A stretch of DNA of 64,000 nucleotides from Octopus bimaculoides. Lineage: Eukaryota. The stretch spans positions 1,688,808-1,752,807 of the forward strand of contig NC_069008.1 of NCBI RefSeq assembly GCF_001194135.2, given 5' to 3'. The translations under genes were made by a program, and so were the position numbers. The notes under the pieces were generated by a model, which saw only the letters and a list, made by a program, of their open reading frames with translations, was not told the DNA's origin and did no database searches. Shown one piece after another: positions 50,528-62,981 of this stretch. Position 1 is the first letter of the stretch. Every line of letters begins with the position of its first letter.

Positions 50528-51825
50528 ACTCAAATACCCAAAATATCAAGGAGTTTCTACCTCATAAACATGAGTTACACCAGTTATTTTGTGATCTTTG
50601 CTACCCTGGTATCTATTAACCAATTTATTTTGTCCGAGTTATTTATTAATAAGGAGAAAATAAATACGTATAATGTATATATATATATATATATATATAA
50701 TACAAAGAATATATATACATGTATACACACATATATGTACATACTTACATCTACATGTGTATATACATGCATATCAGGGTACAGGACGTTAGAACAATAA
50801 ACTACAGACAACGGAACGAACACATAGGAAAACGGAAAGCCCCTTGGAATATCCCTTCATCAGCTGTCTCTATTCTATCTAGAAGTTTCGAAGATAGTTA
50901 AGTATATGTCCGGTCATAGAGTGACCAAGGGCTTAGCCTCATGGACATATGCTTAACTGCATAGAAATACATTATTGCTCTATGGTTTAGAATGTGCTTC
51001 TTTTCCGGATATATGATACACTGACAATATATATACTCTGTTACTTGTTCCAGCCATTTTACTGCGGCCATACTGGAGCACCTGTGTGCGAGCGGAGCAA
51101 TTTCTTTTGGGAGCATTTGCACATTAAATTAATAGTTTAATAGTAATCTATGCTATCTGAAAGGTATTTATAGGAAATTTCATTACAAAATATCCATTTT
51201 TCTGAAAGTTATGAGGAAACAAACTTAGGAGGGATACACTTGTGTAGGGACACCGGATGTTTCTGTTTTCATTTCCTTTTTGTTATTCAGTGTATACAGA
51301 TCGTGTAACTGGTATTTTTAGTCTATTGGTCCCTTCTCTCTCGTCTCTCAGCGGCCCCTCGGTAGAATGAATGAACGACAAAATTCCGATTTCGTGTGGA
51401 ATTAGAATGTGAAGGGAGTTAACTGTGTATGTATATATATATATATGTATGGGCGTAAGAGAAAGAGGGGGAGAGAGAAGGCGAAAGTGAGTAGGGGGAA
51501 GGGAGAGAGACGAGGGAAAGAGACAGAGTAAGAAGGAGGTGGAACAGGGAAGGAAAGAGAGAGGGAGAGAGAGAGAGAGAAAAAGAGAGTGTTGCAGACT
51601 GAAAATCGATGAGTGAAGGCTGATATGGAGTGAGAGTGGAATGGTTGAGAACGGGGTTGAGGCGGGAACAGAGTGGAGCTAAAAGTGGAAGAGAAAGTAG
51701 AGTGAGGTGTCGCAGTGTAAAAATAACTACTAGTTTCCCCACTGCATAAATAAACAAACGTTACTCGTTTGATACCATTATCATCATGTACATCAACAGC
51801 AGGGAAGTAGACCCTCCCTCTATGT

Positions 51826-51900
51826 CAGACATGGGCAACCCTTTTCGAGAAGCGGGCCGCACTGCTAAAAAACGAAAATAGTGTCACGGGCCGCAGTTTG
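51826..51900. mobile_element. Miniature hAT-like element with an 8-bp direct repeat (CTCTATGT)
   Basis: Starts CAGACATGGGCAAC, contains two CGGGCCGCA subterminal motifs, and is flanked by ctctatgt at 51818-51825 and 51901-51908; the right TIR is mostly missing. Confidence 0.55.
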
Positions 51901-52714
51901 CTCTATGTAGTCTCTCACCCATATCAACCACCAGTGTTAGATATCAGAGGTATGTCGAACAGAGACCAAGTCACAACGGACATAATACAATTTTGGTCGC
52001 TAGTCCTGTTAGAAATAGCAGCTAGATCGCTCTCAAATCACACCCTACTGTCTGGTGGTGTATGTGAGCGACCTCTTCTACGATAGTCCAGGCTCGACCA
52101 AAGCTTTGTGAGAGTATTCGGTAGACGAAAACTGAAAGGAATCCCGTGGTGTACACACACACATGGAGTATGTGTGTGTGTTTGTTTACCTTCCTATAGT
52201 TTAGCAGATCGGCAAAGTGATCAATGGAAAAATAAACAAAAAACAAATACGGGGGAGTCGGGGAGACCCTTTAATAGTACCCCAGCATGAAAAGGGAAAA
52301 GATGTACGTATGTACGAGTGATCGAATGACAGAGCTCTGGGTGGGAATAACTGAATCTCCTTCAAATCACAATAATTATTTTATGTTCGTGAGCAACATG
52401 ACACCTATATCGGGGAGAAAACAAACAAACAGTTCTTGCTGTTTTTAAAAAAACAGAAGACGTGCTGTATTTATATATATGCAGTCTTTTTCCTGTTAAC
52501 AGTATTTTAAAAGACGAGATGGGTCGCGTCTAGAAAGCGTTTTTATTTTATTTCATTTTTTTCCCTGATATAATTTTATCTTACATACTGCCTAATGTAT
52601 ATCAGATCGGAGTTGACCTGGAGCTAAAAAAATCAACAGGAGCAACAATTAAAGATAAATAGATTTAGAGATGAAATAATGGGTCATTTCTTTTTGTATG
52701 CCATTAGCTCTCTT

Positions 52715-52765
<51 letters not shown>

Positions 52766-53807
52766 ATCTTTTTTATTGGGGCCAACAGAGGGTATATATA
52801 TTTATATATATATATATATATATANNNNNNNNNNNNNNNNNNNNNNNNNNNNNNNNNNNNNNNNNNNNNNNNNNNNNNNNNNNNNNNNNNNNNNNNNNNN
52901 NNNNNNNNNNNNNNNNNNNNNNNNNNNNNNNNNNNNNNNNNNNNNNNNNNNNNNNNNNNNNNNNNNNNNNNNNNNNNNNNNNNNNNNNNNNNNNNNNNNN
53001 NNNNNNNNNNNNNNNNNNNNNNNNNNNNNNNNNNNNNNNNNNNNNNNNNNNNNNNNNNNNNNNNNNNNNNNNNNNNNNNNNNNNNNNNNNNNNNNNNNNN
53101 NNNNNNNNNNNNNNNNNNNNNNNNNNNNNNNNNNNNNNNNNNNNNNNNNNNNNNNNNNNNNNNNNNNNNNNNNNNNNNNNNNNNNNNNNNNNNNNNNNNN
53201 NNNNNNNNNNNNNNNNNNNNNNNNNNNNNNNNNNNNNNNNNNNNNNNNNNNNNNNNNNNNNNNNNNNNNNNNNNNNNNNNNNNNNNNNNNNNNNNNNNNN
53301 NNNNNNNNNNNNNNNNNNNNNNNNNNNNNNNNNNNNNNNNNNNNNNNNNNNNNNNNNNNNNNNNNNNNNNNNNNNNNNNNNNNNNNNNNNNNNNNNNNNN
53401 NNNNNNNNNNNNNNNNNNNNNNNNNNNNNNNNNNNNNNNNNNNNNNNNNNNNNNNNNNNNNNNNNNNNNNNNNNNNNNNNNNNNNNNNNNNNNNNNNNNN
53501 NNNNNNNNNNNNNNNNNNNNNNNNNNNNNNNNNNNNNNNNNNNATACATGTACACACACACACACATATATATAATACATATATTATATATATGCATATA
53601 CATATATATACACAGATATACATACATACACACATATATATACATATTTGACATATATACATACACACATCTTTATATATGTATACACACACACATGTAT
53701 ATATATGTATACACCTACACACACATATATATACATATTTGACATATATACATACACACATCTTTATATATGTATACACACACACATGTATATATATGTA
53801 TACACCT

Positions 53808-53842
<35 letters not shown>

Positions 53843-54733
53843 CATACATACATACATACACATATTATACACACAAGCACACACATATATAGTGTGTGTG
53901 TGTGTGTGTGTGTGATCACATCTGTCAGAGGAAAGGTAACGCAAAACTCTTGAGAAACAGTTTTGTGAAGACTTCCGCAGCTTTAATAAAAGCATATTTA
54001 CTCTACCTTCAGTATTCGAGTACTAATTTTTGTCCACCTTATTTTGAATTTATGTGCTTGCTCGTGTGTATACATACATACATATCATATTTTTACATAT
54101 ATACACATATAGATACATACATATTACACACACACACACACACACACATACATACTTACAATATAAAACTAAACCCCTTCAAGCTGGTGTCCCAGCACGA
54201 CCGCAGTCCAAGATACACATCATATACACAACCACAGGCATGCATAAGTCGCAAAAGTTGACCACAGTTGAGGAGGAAAAAGGGATTTGCCAGCAGTATT
54301 ATTTATAAGGTTAAGTTGATCTTGCATGTCTGGGTGGGTGAGATTCAAACGCCATTATATCCCAATTTAAAATACAAGAACTACAACGGAATTCATTGTG
54401 AACGTGTGTATATGGTTTTGGGTGTATATGCATGAAGGTGTATGGGTTGCGGACACCGTTATGAACAACCAGAGGCGAAATCAAGCCAAGAATAGACTGT
54501 CAATAAGTATATATGAATTTATACTCGATCAACGCACTCTAGCCATCGCATTGAGTTATATACTAGTGTTTATAATGTGAAATATATATTATACACTTCA
54601 CAATTCTTACAATACAGAGCCATATCTGTCTATCTACGTATACATTACATACACACCCGTATGTCAGAGATTTATTATTGATTATATATATATATACATA
54701 CACATACAGAAACTCTCAGTCCCTCTCTCTCGG

Positions 54734-54772
<39 letters not shown>

Positions 54773-54972
54773 NNNNNNNNNNNNNNNNNNNNNNNNNNNN
54801 NNNNNNNNNNNNNNNNNNNNNNNNNNNNNNNNNNNNNNNNNNNNNNNNNNNNNNNNNNNNNNNNNNNNNNNNNNNNNNNNNNNNNNNNNNNNNNNNNNNN
54901 NNNNNNNNNNNNNNNNNNNNNNNNNNNNNNNNNNNNNNNNNNNNNNNNNNNNNNNNNNNNNNNNNNNNNNNN

Positions 54973-55048
<76 letters not shown>

Positions 55049-56199
55049 CATATATACATAAGCTATGTGAATTTCTGGCCATGTGTATGAATGATGGACG
55101 TGATAGTAGTAGATGGGTGATGACGACGATGTCTGAGGTGATGTTTAGATCACCAATGGAACCGCCACAACCCAGTTTATTTAGATAAATCAACACCACA
55201 ACCTCCACCACGTCAAGTCTCCCGTCATACAGTGTTTTGACCACTACTATTACTACTAACAACTCCCCCACTCTTTCCTAGTCAGCCTTTTACTACTATC
55301 ACCGTCTCTACCACCGCCATCGTCTCCACCTGCACCATCATCATCTCTGTAACGTTCTCTTACTTATCCCTTTCCTCTCCCATCAAGCTGCATTCTTCAG
55401 TTATGCTCACAACATACTAACAACCATCACTAGGACAAATAGCTCACACATATACATACATTCCCAATATACACACGCAGCATCATATACGTATGTGTGT
55501 GTGTATTATATATATTTTACACACACGAACCATACTTCCCCCATCACACCCTCTCTTTCCATTCTAAAACACACTATACACATACATACATGCATATATA
55601 CAGCATTAAATTGCTCATGCCACCCCACTGTTCATCTATCACCAGTAAACAAGTGCCACATACCACGCAACACAATTAACCCTACCCATTGGACACACAC
55701 ACACACACACACAGCCCTGACAGCCTCTTCGTGGTCGCTCGACCTGCTAAAAAAAATAGCAACCAAATCTCCCTAAAATACCTTCTTTAACACACACACA
55801 CACGTATTATATTAGGACATTTAAATGGTTCTCCCCGGAATTCCCAACCTATAGAAAAAGGAGGGATGATCACGGCTGGCTGGAATGCTTTTCAGCATAA
55901 GTCTACCCGAACGAGTTAAGAGAGAGCAATCTCAAAGTTAATGAAATAACAGCTAAATCTCTCTCGTATCAACAGAACAGACCACATTAAACAAGTCAGG
56001 GCACACTGGCTGGATTATGTGGTCTTAGAATATATTTTGATTGAAATATATGAGTATAAAAAGATTTAAAGAAAGGTGATAGTGGTCACTGTGGAACGTC
56101 TTTGATAAGTTGGTTCGATCAGGACAGACCCGGGGTTAAACAACATAGCTGTAACCTGACGTCGATCAGATCAGACAGAGGGAGTCACCAGAGGCCCGG

Positions 56200-57030
56200 G
56201 ATGAATGAAAGAAACACTTGAAGACGGCACAGAGAAAGTGGCGGTGAGAGATGACAAGATAAGGAAGTTGTTGTGCAAGAGAGGAAGGGTGTGAGATGAA
56301 GAAGTGGGGTGGTGTAGACAGTAAGGAGAAGTTGTGAGAAAGCGGAGGGTGGGTGGGAAGAGCAGAGAGAGAGTAAAAGCGAAAATAGAAAGTGAGGGGG
56401 TGAGTAAAAAAGGTGCAGAGAGGTAGAGGGAGATAGAGAATGAATCGAAGTAGCACAGAGATAGTAAGAGGTAATGACTGCAACAGAAATACAAGGAGGA
56501 AGAAGCGATGACTAAAACATAGAGAGAAAGAGTGAGTGATGGGAGGAGGAAAGTAAGATGTAAACAGAGAAGTAAAAAGGGAAATAAAGATAAAGTATAA
56601 GAAAACAAAAGGGACGTGAAAAGAGATGGAGGGATAATGAAGGGGAGGCAAAGAGAAAGTGTCAGAAGACAAGGGAAAGATGCGGAGGAGAGAGAGAGAG
56701 ACTGCTTGTGTGTATGTGTATACATGTTGCAAAGAGGCGTAGGCAGAGGTAAGGAAATAGAGACAGGTGTAATGAAGATAAGATGACGATGCGAAGAGAA
56801 GGAAGTAGGATGAGGTATCGTTAAGGCGGGAGGAAAGAGAGAGTGGAAAAAAAAAGGGGGTTGGAAAGAGGGAAAAAGATAAGGAAAGGGAGAGGGGGAG
56901 AAACCCAACAGACAAGAAAGATACTGAGTGAGAAGGGAGTTAAGAGAAGAGGTAAAAAAGAAGATTAACGAATAAAAGAGGGGGGGAAGAGAAGCAGAGA
57001 AGGGGAGGAAAACGTCTGTTGAGCCCAATA
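56200..57030 (+). repeat. Long non-periodic polypurine (GA-rich) low-complexity tract
   Basis: About 800 bp dominated by A and G on the plus strand. Confidence 0.85.
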
Positions 57031-57077
57031 GAGATGGAATGTTGGAATGTATTCTTTTTTTTTGGAGGGAAGCGTAC

Positions 57078-57108
<31 letters not shown>

Positions 57109-57321
57109 AGTCAATGTTTACATGTTAGTGTGTATGTATTGTAATGTTTATGTATGTAACGCAATGTTAATGCGTGAGTATGTTAGGGGCGAGAAAGAAG
57201 TGTGCATGTGTGTGTGTATGCTGCAATGTGTGCGATTGGATGTGTGTGTGTGTGTGCTTTATATGTGATGTATGCGTATGAGACGAGTCTGTGATATAAT
57301 ATGGATGCGCACGCGATATCT

Positions 57322-58022
57322 TTTATCTTTTACTTGTTTCACTCATTAGACTGCAGCCATGCAAGAATTTTTTAGTCGGATTAATCGACCCTAGTATTTA
57401 TTTCCTTTTTTAAGTCTGGTATTTATTCTGTCGGACACCTTATGCCGAACCGCTAAGTTACAGGGACGTAAACACACCAACAACGGTAGTAGGGGATAAA
57501 CAGACACAAAGACACGCACACATACAATATATATATATATACATACATACATATATACGACAGGCTTCTTTCAGTTTCCGTCTACCAAATCAGCTCACAA
57601 TGCTTTGGTCGGCCAGAGGCTATAGTAGAAGACAGACACTTGGCCAAGGTGCCACGCAGTGGGACTGAACCTGGAATCATGTGGTTGGGAAGTAGACTTA
57701 TTTCATTCACTGGACTGCGGCCATTCTGGGGCACTGCCTAGAGAGGTTTTTAGTCGAATGAATTGACCCTCAGTACTTATTCTATCGGTCACTTTTTGTC
57801 AAAAGGCTGAGGTACAGGGATGTAAATTAACCAACACCGGTCCTCAAGTGGTGGGGACAAACATAAACACATAACAGACTTCTTTCAGATTCCGTCTACC
57901 AAATCCACTCACGAGGTTTTGGTTATCCGGAGCTACAGTAGAAGAAACTTGCCCGAGGTGCAATGTAGTGGGAGTGAGTCCAAGTGAATATGGCTGGAAG
58001 CAAGCTTTTTACCCCACAGCCG
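57322..58022 (-). mobile_element. Two tandem SINE family A copies
   Basis: Reverse-complement copies at about 57322-57700 and 57700-58022. Confidence 0.8.
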
Positions 58023-58074
58023 TATAAAACAGTATAATGTATGTGGTTGAATATACCATATAGCTGATCCATTG

Positions 58075-58400
58075 TTGTGAAGGCGCGTGGCTTGGAGGTT
58101 AGGGTATTCGGCTCAGGATCGCAAAGATGTGAGTTTGTCTCCTGGCGGCAAGTTGTATCCTTGAGCAAGATACTTTATTGCATGTTTCTCCAGACCAATC
58201 AGCTGGCAAAAACGAGTCGTACCTGTAATTCAATGAGTCAGCCTTATCACATTCTGTGTTATGCTGAATCGCCCTGAGAACTACATTAAGGGTACATGTG
58301 TCTGTGGAGTGCTCAGCCACTTGCACATTGATTTCACGAGCAGGCTGTTTCGTTCATCTGATAAACGGGAACCCTTATTGTCGTGACCAACGGAGTTGCC
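58075..58400 (+). mobile_element. SINE family C variant, near full length
   Basis: tRNA-like head aggcgcgtggcttggaggttagggtattcggctc, central ttgtatccttgagcaagatacttt, and a tail homologous to 9252-9558. Confidence 0.8.
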
Positions 58401-58627
58401 AGTTAGCTGAACTGTTGTACAATACAAACAACATACATTGTTTATGGTGATATGGATTTGTTGATGTTGTCATGTCAGTCTCACGCCACTTCTGACGATT
58501 ATCTCCATCAATAGTTTCACGTTCGATCTACAAATCAATACGCAGCTCCAGATATACCACATGCGGTCATTCGACCTGCTAGAAATAGCAGCCAAATGCA
58601 CCTGAAATCATACTATTGTCTTGAATA

Positions 58628-58835
58628 CGAGGCGGGTGCTGAAAAGTTCCTAGCTTTATGGGTATTGCAAAAGGCCTGGCTGGAGGCCAACCTTCCAAGT
58701 TCTCAAAATTACCGAAGTAACCACTGCTATAAGTGTATGAATTCGAGAGGGGAATATGTTGAATAACATCATAATTAACTGATCCTCCTGAACTTTCTTT
58801 TACCCCCAAAACAGGCACTTTTCAGCACACCCTTG
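58628..58835 (+). mobile_element. mariner-derived MITE retaining the transposase C-terminus
   Basis: TA-CGAGGCGGGTGCTGAAAAGTTCC ... GGCACTTTTCAGCACACCCTTG termini; internal aagtgtatgaattcgagaggggaatatgttgaataa reads KCMNSRGEYVE*, like the mariner KCxxxxGxYVE end. A second 5' fragment lies at about 59099-59190. Confidence 0.8.
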
Positions 58836-58849
58836 TGTGTGTGTGTGTG

Positions 58850-58990
58850 TGTATCATCATCATTGCCGTTTAATGTTCGCTTTCCGTGCTGGTATGGGTT
58901 GGACGGCTTGACTGAGGACTGGTGAGCCAGAAGGCTGCACCAGGCTAAATCTGATCTAGCAATGGATGCCCTTCCTAACGCCAAACAACA
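58850..58990 (-). mobile_element. SINE family B, 3' part
   Basis: catcatcat..gtttaatgttcgctttcc...ggatgcccttcctaacgccaa. Confidence 0.75.
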
Positions 58991-59317
58991 TAACGTACAC
59001 TGAGTGTACAACCAGATGAGAGAGACACACAGAAGGCCCCTAACTCTTCATCAGTTATCAACCAAATGGTATTACTCAGTTTCGCACCATATACATATTA
59101 TGAGCGGGTGCTGAAAAGCACCTGGCTTTAAGGGTATTGCGGAAGGCGTGGTTGAAGGCTCAACCCTCCAAGTTCTTTTACAGGGCTTATAGGACCTCGG
59201 ATTAAGCAAGGAAAATGAGTACATTACAGAATGGTCATTGCTGAGCTGGGACTAAACAACAAGGCTACACTTTGTCTAAATAAAAGATGGGACTGTTATG
59301 GCTGAAACATGATCCGG

Positions 59318-59702
59318 GTGTGGCTGTGTGGTAAGTAGCTTGCTTCCCAACCACATGGTTCTGGGTTCAGTCCCACTGCATGGCACCTTGGGCAAGTGTC
59401 TTCTACTATAGCCTCGGGCCGACCAAAGCCTTGTGAGTGGATTTGGTAGATGGAAACTGAAAGAAGCCCGTCGTATATATGTATATATATATGTATGTGT
59501 GTCTGTGTTTGTCCCCCCCAACATCGCTTGACAACCGATGCTGGTGTCTTTACGTCCCCGTAACTTAGTGGTTCGGCAAAAGAGATCGATAGAATAAGTA
59601 CTAAGCTTCCAAAGAATAAGTCCTGGGGTCGATTTGCTCGACTAAAGGCGGTGCTCCAGCATGGCCGCAGTCAAATGACAAACAAGTAAAAGAGTAAAAG
59701 AG
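59318..59702 (+). mobile_element. SINE family A, best-preserved full-length copy
   Basis: A-box-like tggctgtgtggt, B-box-like gggttcagtccc, body, (TA)n/(TG)n, and tail aacaagtaaaagagtaaaagag. Confidence 0.9.
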
Positions 59703-59714
59703 ATGTCTGCTAAA

Positions 59715-60632
59715 TAGAGCTGATCCAGGACAAAATAATAAGGATACATAAAATAATGTAGTCCTAGGTACATTGTGTCTAAATATAAGACAGGATGGAC
59801 ATGCCTGGAACATCTGTGAACTATATGTTAGCAAAATTAAGGCTGTGAGGGACAAAACAGTAAGGGTTTGTAAAACAAGATAGTCCTAGATACACTATGT
59901 CTATATAAAAGACAGGATGCAACTTCTGTGAACTGTATGTAAGTGAAATCAGAGCTGTTTGGGCGTAAACAATAATGGTACATAAGAATGTAGTCCTATG
60001 AGTACTCTAGATAACAGACAGGATGGTCATCACTGGAGCAGCTGTGACCTAGCTCCAAGATATACTATAAATAAAAACAGCATGGTCATTTCTGGAATAC
60101 ATTACATCATGTGTCTGCTGGATCATGGCTGACCATTGACAACAAAGACATTAAACAATGTAGTCCTAGATGCACTAAGCCGGAATAAAAGGTTGGTCAC
60201 TTTGAAAATACTTTGGTCTAAAGGACAGCTTTGTAGGACTGACCTGGGGGATAAACAAAAAAGGCACATTAGATAATGTAGTCCTAGATGCACAATGTCA
60301 AAGTTAAGGTCAAGATGGTCACTTCTGGAACAACTTTGATCATAGGTTAGTCAGATCAAGGCTGATCTGGGGGTTAAATAACAAAGGACACATTAGGTAA
60401 TATAGCCCTAGATGCACAATGTCAGAGTTAAAGACAGGATGGTCACTTCTGGAACATCTATGATCATAGATCTGTTGGATCAAACTGACTTCAAGCTAAA
60501 CAACATGGAAAGACAAGTCCAATAATGTAGTCCTAGATGCACAATGTCAGAGTAAAGATAGAATGGTCACTTCTAGAATATCTTTGATGATAAGCCTGCC
60601 AGATCATGGATGACCTGGGACTAAACAACACT
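59715..60632 (+). repeat. Tandem array (7-8 units, ~120 bp) of the 3' module of the TAGAAATAGCAGCC element
   Basis: Repeated cacattagataatgtagtcctagatgcacaatgtc...gatggtcacttctggaac...gac(c/t)tggg..taaacaac units. Confidence 0.9.
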
Positions 60633-60646
60633 CTCTCCTTTTTTTT

Positions 60647-60975
60647 TTTTACTTGTTTCAGTCATTTGACTGCGGCCATGCTGGAGCACCACCTTTAATT
60701 GAGCAAATCGACCCCAGGACTTATTCTTTGGAAGCCTGGTACTTATTCTATCAGTCTCTTGTCGGTTGTCAAGCAATGTTGGGGGGACAAACAGACACAC
60801 AAACATATACACACACATACATACATATATATATATATATACGACAGGCTTCTTTCAGTTTCCGTCTACCAAATCCACTCACAAGGATTTGGTCGACCTG
60901 GGGCTATAGTAGAAGACACTTGCCCAAGGTGCCACACAGTGAGAATGAACCCAGAACCATGTGGTTGGTAAGCAA
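60647..60975 (-). mobile_element. SINE family A
   Basis: Well-preserved reverse-complement copy with an internal deletion. Confidence 0.85.
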
Positions 60976-61313
60976 AAAAAAATTAGAACATTTTGTGTCT
61001 TGTATATTCTATTGCTGATAAATTTTAACAAAAAAACCTTATATGGAACCCGGTTGAGAACCACTGAGCTAAACAAACACTATATTTGATATTAAATCAA
61101 AAAGGGGTTTCATCAACACTCTCAGGGCAAACACTTGTTGCATGTTGTTTAGGTCTGGGTTAAGCCCAATCCAAGCTGACCTTGGATCAGAAACATTCCT
61201 GCATAGGAACACGCATACATGAAACAGTAGGATGACTCAAAGGAGACTTGGCTGCTACTTCTTACCAAGTCAAGCTAGCATCTAGCCCTTCCTTCGTATC
61301 AAATATATAAAGT

Positions 61314-61819
61314 ATGCACGCATGCGTGTGCATATACATACATACATATACATATATACATACATATATACATACATATATGCATACATATATGCATACA
61401 TATATGCATACATACATACATATATGCATACATACATACACATATGCATACATATATGCATACATACATACACATATGCATACATACATACACATATGCA
61501 TACATACATACACATATGCATACATACATACACATACATACATACACATATGCATACATACATACACATACATACATACACATATATACATACATACATA
61601 CACATATATACATACATACACATATATACATACATACATATGTATACATACATACATACACATATATACATACACATATATATATACATACATACACATA
61701 TATATATACATACATACACATATATATATACATACATACATACACATATATATATACATACATACATACACATATATATATACATACATACATACACATA
61801 TATATATACATACATACAT

Positions 61820-61850
<31 letters not shown>
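61314..61850. repeat. Compound (TACA)n/(TA)n/(CATATG) microsatellite
   Basis: Direct reading; explains the stacked ORFs in this region. Confidence 0.95.
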
Positions 61851-62981
61851 GGTGGGTTCAGGAACGTTGTACAAAGTTTGCTTCCCAACCACATGGCTCT
61901 GGGTTCAGTCCCACGGAATGTCACTTCTACTATAACCTCAGTTCGGCCAAATCCACTCATAAGAGTGGTGTGGTAGGCAGGAACTGAAAGAAGCACGCTG
62001 TGTGTGTGTGTGTACCTTTGTGTCCCTGTAACTGAACGATTCAGCAAAAGAGACTTAGAAGAAAAAAAAAAAACGTGTACTGGGGTCAATTCATTCCACT
62101 TAAAATCTTTTCAATGTTCCTCAGTATGGCAGCAGTCTAATGACTGAAAAACATGTAAACGATACAGAATATACACCTAAACCTATGCGTGTGTGCGTGT
62201 GTGTGTACGCGCGCGCGCTATATGTTCACGCAAACACACATGTAAGATAGTAGGCTAATTGAAGGTAAATTTGTCTGCTATTTCTAGCAGGGTCAAGTAG
62301 CCTCTCTCTCGTTGGCTCGAGGTCAAAAGATGGAAGGTTTTTAAGCGACAGATTAAGGAAATGGCCTCTATTTTCGTCGAGTCTTGTAGCAGCAAATTGG
62401 CCTGGCACTTGTTTGTGCTGCTGCTTTTAATTGTGGGTCAGCGAGCAGCTGGAATATTATTTGATGGCCGCTGTTCTTCTTCCCACACTCAAAACTTGCC
62501 TTGTTTTTTTTTTTGACAAGTGTAAATAAGTAAATAGGCCAAAGAAAAAGCAAAAAAAAAAAAAAAAAAAAGAAGGGGGTGATGGTGGTTTAGAAAAGTA
62601 TAATAGGGGAAATGAAGAAAATAAAACTGAAGTATTTTCGGGCATCTGAGGCGATAATGGCTATTCATTGTTAGCATAATTACTTTATTAAATACTAAAA
62701 ATAAAAAGAATATTCTCTTTCTCTCTTTCATATAAATATGTGGTTACTGGGGCCCTGTTTTTAAGAAAAGGGAGTATAATTGTAACATTTAGGCCCAAGA
62801 CATACACACACACATATATACTAAAAGTATGTACATACACGGCATTACGTATGCTGTATATACATACGTACACACACAGACAGACATACATGTAAACCTA
62901 CAGACAAATAGTTGCGTACAAGTTATTTCTACACGACAATATTGAGTGTTACATATTTTCATATCAAATGGCTATATCATT

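Noticed and set aside
50855-50895. Third hammerhead candidate (minus-strand CTGATGA with GAAAC nearby)
   Set aside because: I could not form stem II followed by GAAA in the required order in this copy.
56166-57028. Two overlapping 249-285 aa minus-strand ORFs that look membrane-like
   Set aside because: A pyrimidine-rich strand lacks stop codons and yields F/L/S/P-rich pseudo-proteins in multiple frames. The same applies at 44595-45173.
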